Of a stretch of 64,000 bases of DNA, positions 12,411 to 25,100 are shown one piece after another. A program made the position numbers and the translations under genes. Location: contig OX638150.1 of the NCBI GenBank assembly GCA_951804945.1, positions 43,400,001-43,464,000 on the forward strand, written 5' to 3'. Below the pieces are notes generated by a model. It ran no database searches, was not told where the DNA came from, and saw nothing but the letters and a program-made list of their open reading frames with translations. How positions within the stretch are numbered: the first letter of the stretch is position 1; every line of letters starts with the position of its first letter. Origin of the DNA: Podarcis cretensis (lineage: Eukaryota).

Positions 12411-15400
12411 TTAGCCTGTGCTAACTAGGTTGTGTCCAAGAACCTTTACATGTATCACACTCTCACATTTTGTGGTTGTTGGCCTTCTTTCCCTGTTACC
12501 TCACTTGTCTGTTTGGATTTATTGTTTCTGTCTGTGTGCCCATGGGAGCCCTCTTCAGATGAGAGTTTTACAATCATAAAGAAATGCCAAAGTGAGACTT
12601 TTAATCAGGGAGGCATGCAGCAGAGCTCTGTGGGAGGAAGCACTTTGCTTAAAGGGAATTCTGCTTGCCAGGCAAGCGTCCTTCGGGCCTTTGTGATCCT
12701 GTGTTGAATCCATGGAATTGAGCCTGCCAAGGAGTTCCAGGGGACTCTGCCTGTTAGGCTACCTGTTGACTGGTATGTTGAAGGGCTTTCTGGAACTGCA
12801 GGCTGGAGACCCTGTTCCCTGGCAGAGATTGTCTGGCAATAAGTTGTTTTGGAAATAAAGGCATTTGCAACCTTTCTCTTTAAAGTAAATTGCAAGATAA
12901 GGAGGACTCCGGCCAATATATGATTTTGCTGCTTGTTTGTTTAAATGATCATTGCCAGCTTAAAAGATCAATGCACTAAAACCATTCCTCCTTGACTGTA
13001 CAGCTAACAACTTTTCAATTATTAAAGATACAGTGCTGATAATAAAATCCATTACTGTCAGCCCCCTTACCTTGCACTGTCAACAAAGTCCATTGAGCTA
13101 AAAGGGATAAAAAGATCAGATTAAGCTTTTGCCCTGACATTGCATTTTGTATTTTGTTCAGCTTGGACGCTTGAAATGAAGAACAAACAATTATTATTTC
13201 TTTCTCTCAGGTAGCACATTTCAATAGGTCACAGGGCAGAGTGAGTTCTTGCAGGTGACAAACGGTAGGGAAACAGCAATAAAAGTGTTGTTATAAGATG
13301 ATTTTCAGTACCTTAAAATGTTGCACCCGTGCAAAAGGACATGTGAGAATATACTCAGTTGATGGCAAAACTGGATGCATGTAACAGTTGCTGCTTCTTA
13401 AAATGAAAAGCAGCTTCAAAGTGCTGTAACTGGGGGTTGGGGAATGGGAGGAGACTAGAAAGGGGAAGGGGCTGCTTAAACATTTTAGTCTGTGGGTAAA
13501 AGAGTCAGCTGTGAAAGTTAAATACCCTCTCTCCCTTTCTGCCCCTCTCCCATCCACTCCCAGTTGTGGTACCCTTGGATTGCTTTTCACTATACCATGT
13601 CAGGAAAATTGTTCATATGTACATCTAGTTTTGCCTGCGGCCTTTAAATGAGTTAAGGTAGAAGGCATCCCAGATTTCCACTTTACAACATGATGGAAGT
13701 CTCTTCCATATTTGTGATTTTTCAAAAAGTTTTAACTCATGCTACAGTTTGGATGTACAGATTTGGATGTAATACATTTTCACTTATGAATCTTAACTTT
13801 CGCAACTAAAAATAATGTATAACATCTTTCAGCTAGAAAACCTGACTTCTATATCGTCTGTGAGCATATTTATGCACACTGTGAAGCATTGTGGATAAGA
13901 CGTTGCTTAAATTCCGGGTCAAATGTCAGCTCTTCTGCAGATTCAAATCTTAGCTCTTTGGTCTTCCATAATGTACTGTTCAGTAACAAATCCCAGGCTT
14001 AGAGTGAAACATGAAAGTTTAGGGGATTTAAAGGGTTTTTTTGTGTTTTTTGGCAACAGTTTGAAATTGTTTAATTTTATTTATAGAATTCAGTGTTTCA
14101 GATGCTTGAAGGCTGGTTGGTGAGATGGCAGGCTATAGTTTAATAACCAGATCACATTGCTATGCATACATGGGATTAAGGCTGCAGTGCATGTGTACTT
14201 TACCTACCTACCTACCTACATAATTTAATTTGTATAACACCTTTCCACAGTTCAATCCATGATCAAGGTGACTTACAACATGAAAAAATACATAACTCCG
14301 ACATAACAATAATAATAATAAACAACAAATAAAACATTAAAAAACAACAACACACCCCACAACTGAACTGAACAATTGCCACATAAATCACGAGAGGATC
14401 TATAATAAAGATACAAAGAACCAGTCACAACAACCCCCAAACAACATCCCAGCCCAACAGTCTGTTCAGCAGCCTCAGCTTTTGTACCTAGGAGTATGGC
14501 CCCACTGAACACAGACGGCCTTGTTTCTAAGAAACATGGATAGGATATCACAAACTGGGAAGCAAAACTGAGAAACAGAATGATAACTGATCTTACTGAA
14601 ACTGACTGATTTTTCAAGAAGAGAGGTAAAAATCAAAAACCAGAAAGTAGCTGGGAGCCTTCAAAAGCTATTTCAGGATTTTGAGCCTGAAAGTGCTTAT
14701 GCACTCTCTTATTTTGCCCATTTGAGGAAGTTCTGCTGACTGAGGCCATCATGTGAGTTGAAGTGAGGGACATGGCTAAATACACATGGGACTTCTAAGA
14801 TATCGGGCTTGAACTAGTGCTATATATGTTAGAGGCAGGGTCAGGGTGGAGGAGGAGATAAAAAGTACGAGTTGATTTAATAAGACAGGAATCTGTGCTG
14901 TGCTGACTATCCTTGAAACTCCCCCAAATCCTATCAGAACAGGTTGAGGAGATTAGTTACAGAAACAAACTGGGAATCTTTGATGCAAGCTTGTTTCCAT
15001 GTTGCCTTTTTTAAAAGTTAGTGTGACACTAATTGTTTGGATTGCAATGTAAATTTTAAGCTTGATGTAGAGTCCTTGGGAGCCTGGGAAAGGGTGAATT
15101 AACTGTTCATTTTTCACTCTCTTGTGAGAGCAGGGGGTGGGGAGGGACTGCATTCCTAATCTAATAGGGTCTGGGGAGTGTCATAATGCTTAGCATTTAT
15201 ACAGTACTTTAAAAGTGTTCAAAGTTCTTCACATGCTTTGTCAATAATCCTTAGCTTGCAGCAGCGGATGGGAGAACTTATGACTCAGTGCAGAACAGCC
15301 TATCTGCTGAATTCATGGCTAAGGAAAGGTTGGAACAGGAGCAGTTTGCACTGCTGGCCGCTATGCTATGCCAGCTGTCAGATATAATGAAACACTGCAT

Positions 15401-15879
15401 GGATTTGTATGTCCTTCTTCTGCACGGGTATGCCAATCTTCTCTGCGGTGTTCTAGCTTCAGCATATGTGCTAAAACAGGAAAGCATGCGTCAGTGGGCA
15501 GCATTGTGTGTGGAGGCCTTATGTACCAGTGTGCCTCCATTAGGAAGTCCCCAGTTTATTTCAGAGACAAACCTGACTCAAAGTACACGGACACCTGTGC
15601 AGGCACACATTCTTCATCCCTAAAACTGCAGTCTGAATAGATATGTATTTACATCATTTGACAAATGAGCTACCAGAATGAGCGGGGAATGGAAGGAGGA
15701 TAATTTCCCTCAGATGTACCTTCTGCTGGTGTCTTTAGGCCAATTTACAATAGCTAAGCCAACTACGATTTTGTTTCTTTGGGTGTAGGTATATCAGTGT
15801 TCTCTTTGTCATATACATGTGCAGACATACGGTAAATTATCTCTCCTTTAAAACTGACATAAATCAGAGTAACTTAGCT

Positions 15880-16650
15880 AGAGATTACACCCTAAATTGG
15901 AGTACCTTCTGTATGAATCTTAGACTTCTCATTCTTGTTTGAGGAGGATACTTGGGACTCTTGATTATAAAAGGCACTGTCGATACCCACAATTTCTTGG
16001 AAAACATACCTTTACCTTCACCAACTCATGATGAGAAAACCTTCTTAGATAGCCCCATCTCCCTAGAAGAAATTGACAATGTTCTTTAAAAATTGAAACC
16101 GCATAAAGCCCCTGGACCTGATGCCTTTGCTGTCTGAGTTTTATAAACATTTCAAAGAAACATTATTATCATTCGGTATATGGTCCGCCTATTTAATGAC
16201 CTAATGAGAGTAGCATCCCTCCCCAAGTTACAATCTTGGTACCATTATCCCAAAACTATTTAAAGACCACCAATCTCTCTTATTAATCAGTGTTATATGT
16301 CAGTGCTAGTCAACAGGATTCAGATATTTTTACACAAACTAATAGCCCCAGTCCAAGCTGGTTTTGTCCTCCATCGAAACACCACTGAACCTATCAGAAA
16401 ACTTTAAAACATAATCATACATAGTAAATAGACAACCTTCTCAACCTCCCAGTAGTCATGGCCTTTGGCATTCTGAAGGCCTTGGACTGCCTAGCGTGGG
16501 ACTACTTGCTGGCAGTCCTATCTTATCTGGATGATCTAAATTTAAATTTAAACATAAATTATTATCTTCACTTTGAACTCCACTCCCAAATTCCACTCCA
16601 AATTATTCAGTATACCAACACTTTTTATTATTTCATTGGTAACATAAAAT
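15880..16650 (+). mobile_element. L1-like LINE RT fragment
   Basis: Decayed PISLEEI...LKPHKAPGPD...EFYK...PISLIN...QAGFV motifs with frameshifts. Confidence 0.7.
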
Positions 16651-18850
16651 AGGAAAAGGACTATTACTTATACTAAATCTAAGTGCAACCACAGGGGCTC
16701 CTGTCTAGCTAGCTATGTGATGTTGAATGTTATCTGTTAACTCTTTTCTATCCTGTTTCACAATTGTTTTCATGTGAACCAATTCACAAACCAAGAACTT
16801 CTACGCTGATATCTAATAATGCACCACATGTTGTAAACGCTACTGCAAATTTATCTTGCTGTTTTTGTCATATACAAGTGACATGAGAAGACTTGGTCTA
16901 TTTATTTGTATCTATTATCATTCTAGTTTATTATCCTTGTTTATAAAACCCAGTCAAAAGTTCTTCTAAAAACAAAAGGCACTGTTTGATGGTTGATATT
17001 GGAGCGTTGTTTGTGATGTCGGAGAGAGGAAAGTACTGCGAGTGACCACAGAAGCATTGCTTTAGAAAAACCATACAGTGTTGCAGAATGCAATGCTGTA
17101 CAGAATGTTCCTAGAGGTAGAGCTACTAAGCTTGAGTGCATTTGCTTAATGGAAGTGCAGTCAGGTGCATACGTATGGCCTTTCTTTGGTGTACTCCGTG
17201 TTTGGTTTGTTGTATCAATAAACTTACACAAAGCTGTGCGTATGTATTTTTCTTCCACCCTCAGCCAAATTGCATTAATGGCACTGCTCTTCTTTTGAGT
17301 CCCTCCTGGTGTGGATGGAAACGGAAAAGCTACTCTGTCCAGCAGGTACATGTTGCTACATAATGTTCAAGCATGTCCCTAAGCTTCATGTTGCAACAGA
17401 AGTAGGAAATGTGACCTCTAAGCTGCTGTACCTTATCCAGTGCAGCTGCTGGGCAGCCAGGTGGATTTACAGTATGCTTCAGAGGAGTAGTTTTGTGTTC
17501 TTCCCAAGCTTATGCTTTTGCCAGTGTTGTTGCTAATTAATTCACTAATACAGCCAGAACGCAGTGTCTTTATGAGAGCCACGTGGGTCTCACCTATTGC
17601 ATCCTTTGAAGCCTTCTCTTCTGTGGGGACTGACATGTGAACTAAACCTAAGAATGTGTTTGGTCTGGTTTATTGGAGCCAAACCTCCTCTTGATTTGGA
17701 GGGAAAGTTAAATTACTGCTTTCCTTCCATGGCTGGTTGTGCATTCGGAAGTGGTGGCTGCTAGGTGCTTATTAGTGTCACAGTTGCGTGGTGACTGCTG
17801 CCATGGATAGAGGCTGAACTCTGTCTGGAGCTCTCACTGGGGAGGCTGAGCAGAACCAGTGTGTGTAATTGCTGGGAATGGCACTGAATCTATCTTATTA
17901 ATTCAGCAAGGGGAGAAAAATCTGTGAATAATTCAGATTGAAATAATGGAGAGAATCGAAACGTTCTTCTGTGGGGCTACATAATCCTTTGTTTTCCCAG
18001 ATTTCTTCTTCAAAATATGCAGTGTTGTGGCTTAGGAGGAAAGAGGTGTGTGAAAACACTTGGGACAATGGTTCTCAGGGTGTGTGTCTGTGTGTGTGAG
18101 AGAGAAACTGAAAAGCAGGTCCAAATGGGGCTGCCCTAGTGGTGCAAACATTGGCAGAAGTCCAGCAAATGGTGTTCAATCTGCTCCTGTTCTGATGAAA
18201 GCTCCTGGATAAGCCTTGCACAAATCAGTTCACATATTTCTATACTATACATTTAAACCAGTTTGAAAATGCTTTCATTGTTGTCTCCCATGGAACCCTG
18301 GAAATTGTAATTTTGTGGAAGTACTAGGATTTATTTGTTACAGCACAGAATAGCCTGTACATTTTCAGGGTCCTTTGGGTGGAAGCCATTATGATTAAAT
18401 TTCGCTTGAAATTGGCTTACATGTAACCCTTGCAATGCAATTCTTCACATATCTACTTGGAAGTAATTCCCAGGGAGATAATTGGGACTTACTGTCAGGT
18501 AAGTGGGAACGGGATTGCATCCTTTATCTTTTTAGGCCACAGGGAACATGATAGACGTGCTCCTTTTTTTCTAAGACCATGCAATAAGGAGATACCTACC
18601 TCAGCAGTTGCCCACATTTAACTGAATTTCTTTGCAATTTTTTAAATTGAAAAAACACATTCAGCTTTCTTAGTGTTGGTGCTGTTTTTCTCCCTTTGTT
18701 TTCTAGGGTTACTACTTAGAAGCCTGGGACTTGAAAGGCCTCTGGATATTTCCCTAACTAGTGCCTCCCATTGGGGTTAAGCATGTACTTTTCTCAAATT
18801 TGCTACTCTTTAAGTAGTTTTAAAAGGTGGCTGAATGAAAAGCATGCATG

Positions 18851-19024
18851 TAGTGATGTTAAATTCTTGAGAATAATCTTTTGGAGAATATTCTCAAGAA
18901 TATTCTTGATTAATGAGGTGTTGTACATTTAAAGCAGCTGTGTAGACGACACAGAATTTGCGGTTTGTGGAGAATATTCTCTGGAGAATTTTCTAGCAGA
19001 GAATATTCTCGCCTCACATCAGTA
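18851..19024. mobile_element. hAT-type MITE with repeated GAATATTC palindromes
   Basis: TIR TAGTGATGT/ACATCAGTA, 8-bp TSD CATGCATG/CATGTATG, four GAATATTC plus variants. Confidence 0.65.
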
Positions 19025-19182
19025 CATGTATGTACTGTTGAGGCTGACCAGTGAAAAACTGAATTGTCAGCAGCAATAGATCATCTACTACCTGCCTGAA
19101 GAGGAAAAACAAAATATTCAGGTCCCTTCTGAGTCTGTTAAAATACTGCATGGCTGTGCAGTATACAATGTCCCTTTTATCT

Positions 19183-19236
19183 CAGGCCCAAACTTTATTT
19201 GGCAGTGACCAGGCCCAAACTTTATTTGGCAGTGAC
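19183..19236. repeat. perfect 27-bp tandem duplication
   Basis: CAGGCCCAAACTTTATTTGGCAGTGAC x2. Confidence 0.95.
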
Positions 19237-21553
19237 ATGCATCTGCCTCCTCCCAACATTTGTTTGTCTTTCACGAAGAGTGCCCCCCTCCCTGCATAGA
19301 TGTGAAAGCAGCTGGGAAGGGGATATTAAAAAGAAACTCAGATGCACCATTCCTGAGATTTAAAACAAATAAGAAATGGTGGAGTGAAGTGGGGGGAAAG
19401 AGGCATGTAATTCCACCTGTCCTTCATTTACTTGGTCAGAGGCATAACTTAACTCCTGGATCTTTAAAACTAACCTGGATTATTTTCTTTTTCAAAGCAA
19501 GGGCAGAAGAGTCTGAACGTAATGTATGCAAATAACGAATGCTTGGAAGTGCTCCTCTAAAGTGTACAGCGTAAAGGAAACCATGCATTTAAGGGACTCA
19601 TTGAAGGTTATACATCTCTATGGCAGCATCCACAGGGTGTGGGTAGAGTTCCTGGTAAGGACCAACTGAGTTGCACTTATGCTAAGAAGCTGTGAGTCCC
19701 GACAGTTCCTACTGTGTACTTGCATGAAACTTTTCGCAAGTCCCACATGAGAATATTTTCAGTCTTTTTGTTCAGGCGGTTCATGATCTGAAGCAGGCTG
19801 TTCAGGATAAACTTGGCTTTGCTATTCCTTTACCAGATCCCTTCAGGAATTTTTTCCCCTGGAATGTGGGACTAAAGAGTATGTCCCTGTATTGTAGTTT
19901 CATTCCATATAATGCAAATTGTAAAATATAGCACCTAGCGCAGCACATTACAGTTTCTACAATGGGCAGAAAAATAATTAATTAGCTTTCAAAACCACCA
20001 GCACTTTTTAGGCAGGCCATGGGGAAAAGGTTGGGGATCTAGTGTTCTGGGGAGTGAGCACCATTGAAGACAATGTCGTTGAAGATGATAGGATTTGTTT
20101 CCAAGTAAATATGCATAGGATAGTGCTGCACAACATCTGAAAGCTGCCCAGGACAGAGAAGAATGTGGTTGTTTTTAACCAGTAAGCAGGCCAGGTGACA
20201 TGTCTCAAGACAATTTTAATCAGTCAGGAAGTGACCTTATTAGTCACCTTCCTTGTTAAGCAGTGGGCTCTGATTTCCATCAAGAAATTTCACTTCTTAA
20301 GGAAGCAGCTTTTGGTTCTTGTTTAGCTGCGTTTAGACCTTTTATCTTGTGGAAGTATTTCTTAGTTTCTTTTCATCTTTATAGAGAAATTGATTGGACC
20401 TGAATTTCAGGTCCTCTGCACATTGTCAGGCTTAGCATTGCTTATATACAGAGGGATCTTGGAATCTGCATGAGATAATGGCCTATAATGCAGAAGGCCA
20501 ATGTTCATGGAAACAAAATAGTTATTTGCCATTCTACTTCTGAAGAAATGTCAAGTGATAGTCTGTCTTCACTTAAAAGCTTTGAGGACTAGACTTTGGT
20601 TAGGAGTCTAGTGGCTTGAATTTTTGGGGGGGAGTGGGATTTCAGCACCGCTACTGATACATCTGTGTAGCACCCTGGTTATCTTTCCTTTTGTTTATCT
20701 GTTGCTCCTCCTCAGGTCCTCCTCAGGTCCAAGGATTCCTCAGTGTCTAACAAAGGAGAAAATAGAACAAGTATAAAATTTATGTTGGTGTGGGCAAATC
20801 TGCATAGTGTTAATAACTTTTTTCAGTCACCAGTAATAAATTCCCATGTCACATATTTTGCATACTCCCACCTGTGTCAGAGTATGAGGTTGTCAGTATT
20901 TTTCCTAAAATGGAAAAACAGATCACTTAAGTGTGACCGTGTCATGTCTCCATGTGCATGCCACATTCCCAGAACCTTGTTAACAAAGGTTCACCCACGT
21001 ATTTGTTTTCACATTAGAAAACATACCAAATCCTTGTACACAAAAAGAGAAGGAAGATAATGTGAACTAGCAGAACCTTTCCTGTAAGTTTGAGGGAGTC
21101 TGAAGAGCTGTTTGGGGGAGCAATTGTTAAAAGGAAGGTTTAGGTGGGGTGGGGGAGGACAGGCAGTGAATGAATGCAGGATTGAGCCTGCTATGTTGGC
21201 TTGAAATTCAAGGGTCTGGGGCAGTTTAAAAACTGCCAGCAGGGTAACTAAGCCCTTTGCATCTGATTCAGTCTCTTCCATTAATTGGAACTGAAACCAG
21301 AAACCTGGTATCTTGTAATGCTACACCAGGGCTGTGAAAAAACTGATGCTGGGAGCTTAAGCAATTCAGAGAGAGGGAGAATAGGGAGCATATGTGCCCA
21401 CAAAGGGCCTTGCCTGTATGCATGTTTTGAATATGCATGCTTAGTGCAGAACCTTGCCTGCGTATGCAGAGAGCTGTGTACATGGTGTACAGTATGCTCA
21501 AAGCTTTGTAATGCTTCCCGCAATAAGGCGGAGAGAGAAGTAGCTGGGGTCTT

Positions 21554-21554
<1 letters not shown>

Positions 21555-21584
<30 letters not shown>
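21555..21584. repeat. (GT)n microsatellite
   Basis: Direct reading. Confidence 0.95.
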
Positions 21585-21586
<2 letters not shown>

Positions 21587-21949
21587 GAAGGGATGAGACT
21601 CTTCCTTGAATACAAAGTACTTCTTGTTGCTAGGGTTGCCTCTATTCTTAGGGAACCATTTTGGTGGCCCAGTAGCAAAACCAGGCTAAAACTTTCGAAG
21701 GCGATTGCTGTTTTGTGGACAGGTGGTTCTCTCTTGAGTGTCTAGCCCTTCCAATAACCCTGGTCTCATACTGGCTGACAATTCCTTGTTGTTCTGAATA
21801 TCTTCTACCTGAGGATCTCTGTGGTCAGGCTGAGTGTTGTCTTTATGCCTGTGCACTTTTGAAGTGCTTTGCACTTTGAGAACCCAGTGAGCATGACCAG
21901 TTTTTCCTGCCCAACATTTCATGGATGAGGTTCTGATCAAAGTACTGTA

Positions 21950-22120
21950 CAGTACTTTTCCATGTATAAGACTAGGGTTTTTTTTTTACTTTAAAATAAG
22001 GTTTTAAATCTGGGGGTGCCTTATACACGGCTGGCGCATATGCCCATTTTCTAAATTTGGGGTCCCCAAAAGTAGGGGGCATCTTATACATGGGGGCATC
22101 TTATACATGGAAAAATAAGG
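21950..22120. mobile_element. Tc1/mariner-type MITE (second family)
   Basis: Inverted ends TTTTCCATGTATAAGA / TCTTATACATGGAAAA, TA flanks. Confidence 0.65.
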
Positions 22121-25100
22121 TAATTACATTCTTCAATCCCTGGATTTGGATTTATTCAGTTGTGTGCTGGATAAGAGGAATAGGAGGCAGTTTTGGGCTC
22201 CCCACCTGAAGAGATTCAATATCGCCAGCCCGTCTATAATGTTGAAGAAATGCAGGCCAGTGGAGAAACTTGTGTGAGGCACACCTTTGATATACTCTGT
22301 GTTTCTATGATGTGGTATGACCTGTAGTTAAGCAAGAGCCCTAAATTGTGCCAGAACACATGAGTTTCCAACTCTGGGTATCAGGATTATTAGGAATTAT
22401 TTCGAAAGATGATCCATGCATGCTACATTTCACCATCTAATTTAGGAGATCATTATATTCTATACTTGGAAGAAGGGCTCACAAATTCATTCACTTTCCC
22501 CCAAGCAGTAATTCCTTCCCTAATCTCTGACTTCCATATTGTCCTTCAGGAGTTCTCAGAATACCTCGGAAGCACAGCATAAAGTTGGACTTTATGACCT
22601 TCTGTGATACCAAGGAACTCAGGGAAGGGGCAATGAAAAAAGGGCAGCTTGTGTGATGACCATTAATGGTGGCTTGCTTGCAAGACCTGCTAACATTTGT
22701 AGACCCTGTTGAAGACTTATTTTGAGAGGTATACATTGAAAGGCATTCCTTATGTCAGTATAGGAAATGCATAAACCTCCCAGTTTGAGAAGGGGGACTG
22801 TCCTATTGAACCAAATACAACAATTTGCATGAGGCAGCTGAGGAAATAATAAATACTAAGCTTGATTTTGCTAATAACCCCCTGGCTGATGTTGGATGAT
22901 CTGAATACAAGCATATGTAAAGTGACTGTGAATTTAACCAGGGTTAGCGTTGAGGTTAGTTCTCTCATCTTTTAACCTGTCCCCAGAGGCATGATTCCTT
23001 TATGTCTGCTTTAATTTGTTCTTCATCAAGAACAGGGTACTGCTAGGGTACTGTGATTTTACTGAGACCCGAGCTTTGGTTAGGGAGTAACTCCACTTTG
23101 GCTGACTCCAGAGTAGAGGAGAGAGTTCTTTTCCATTGGCTGGTAGTCACAGTTTCTTTTGGTCAGAGGGGAATTCACTTTGCTGCTGTGACATGCTGGA
23201 TTCCAAACTGCTTTCCCTCCACATGTAAGGAAGAACCATATCCTTAACAAGTAAAAAGCTAAAAGCTTTCAGCTTTCCAGGGCTAGCACTACTCCAATAG
23301 CAATTCTTCCTGTTAATTTCTGAAACTTTCCACAAACATATGGCCCCGGTGACTTGCAGGCTATAATTTAAAATCATTAAATACCCGATTTTTGTTTATG
23401 AACAGGACCTATCCTAATTGCCACAGCTTTCTAGTGTAACATGGATAGTAAAATTGGCTCCTGTAGCACCAGGCAGATGCTCCTTACTGCTTCTGATGTT
23501 GCCCATCATGGTCCAGACTGATGGCTGCTTCATTTTCTGTTGCTTCGGTGGCTGGAATTTTTCGTTCTGTTGCTAATGCATTCCTTTTCTTCTGCAGTGT
23601 CTCTGTATTAGCGCATGCATGAAAATGTTAATCTTTCACCACATTGTGGAATACGGGTCAGCCGTAGGAGACAGTGACTGTTTTTCTGTTGGAAGGAGAT
23701 TAACACACTGCCTTTGTTTAGGGCTTTTGCCACTTCCTGCCCTTTGAGCTCCAGAAAGGATTCCCTGTTGTCAGTTGTCCCTACACAGGGTTCAGAAGAG
23801 TATAATCTTGTTTGAAGAAGGTGAGCTTTGCCTTTACAGTGGTCAGGAGGTGCTTTCTAATTCTCTCCCTCCTTGCTGTCCGTAATTAGGGCCCAGTGAG
23901 GGCTGCCTCACCTGGATACAGAAAACTCAAATCCTTTTCTTCCCAATAGCAGCAGCATCTTTTTGAGTTTAAGCCCCATCACTGATTTTCCTTTGCCAAG
24001 ATGTTGCTGATTACAGAGTTCTTTGGTGGAAATGTCTGGGGTGCTGTGCATTTCATTGTGGGATCCTTTGCAGGCCTGTATGAGCTCCCTTGCAGAGATA
24101 GCCAAGAGCCTTGAATTCCATAACCTTGTTTGCCCATTCTTTTGAGTCATGTGGTTAGCAAACAGACAAATGCTCATGTCTCTGGGTGGTGAGAGCACTT
24201 GTCCCACAAGCAACTGGAACCACTCAGCATGTTTCACAGGGAGGGGAAATCAGGTGCAGGAGAAGGGGAAGGAAGTGTTGCTGTCTTTGATCATGACCAC
24301 TTGCAGGGGGGGGGGGGGGAACCTAGAGGAGATAAGGACTTTGGCTCTTATCAGAATGGCTGCTGGAGGCAACCAAAAAGCCTGCATTTCAGAGCTTAAG
24401 CTTTACCTTTACCAGGAGGCAAGTTCTGTCTTTATGGCATCAGGTGATCATTTCAAAGGGGCGCATCTCTGATCAGAGCTGAGAGTAAGCCCTGTTGGCT
24501 GCAGTAGTGACACCTGATTGCCAAGGTACAACTAGGAGCACATTTTGAGTTCTTGATTGCAGCCACGTCTTTGCCTACCTCACATCACATATGTAGGGCA
24601 GGTGGGTGTGATCTGAAGAAAGCAGCCTCACAGGCATAGTTGGATCTGTAGACTGGAGTTCCCCCCATTGCTGGCCTAAAGTCTAGGCTGTGAGCTGACA
24701 AGGTACACTGCCACTTTCTTCCCAGCCAGTGTGTTTTTGCCCTAGGACCTAGATGAACTTTCTCTTATTCTAAATGCACTGGTGCCCATGGCCGACAAGG
24801 GCAGATGCAATTCTAACTCCACTAAATGCATCCCGGTGCTACCAGGAAGGGTGGGTTCGAGTGGCTCCCATAAAATGACGTGGACATAGTCCTTAACAAG
24901 CAAGTTTAGTGACTGGTTCCTTACCCCGGATTCCTGTTGAGAGATGAATCAGCTGCGCAGCTAACTCTCCTCCAATTTGCAGTGCAAATCTTCCTGAAGG
25001 CTGTGCTGGACAAAAGGCAACAATTTCCCTTGGTTCCCAGCATCTGAGTCACTTTCTCCGATTTGGCCCACGTCCAGGACAGAGTTGGGGAGAGGGGTGG

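Noticed and set aside
18851-19236. Repeats superficially resembling a CRISPR array
   Set aside because: Eukaryotic context, irregular spacing, no unique spacers or cas genes; explained by a MITE and a tandem duplication.
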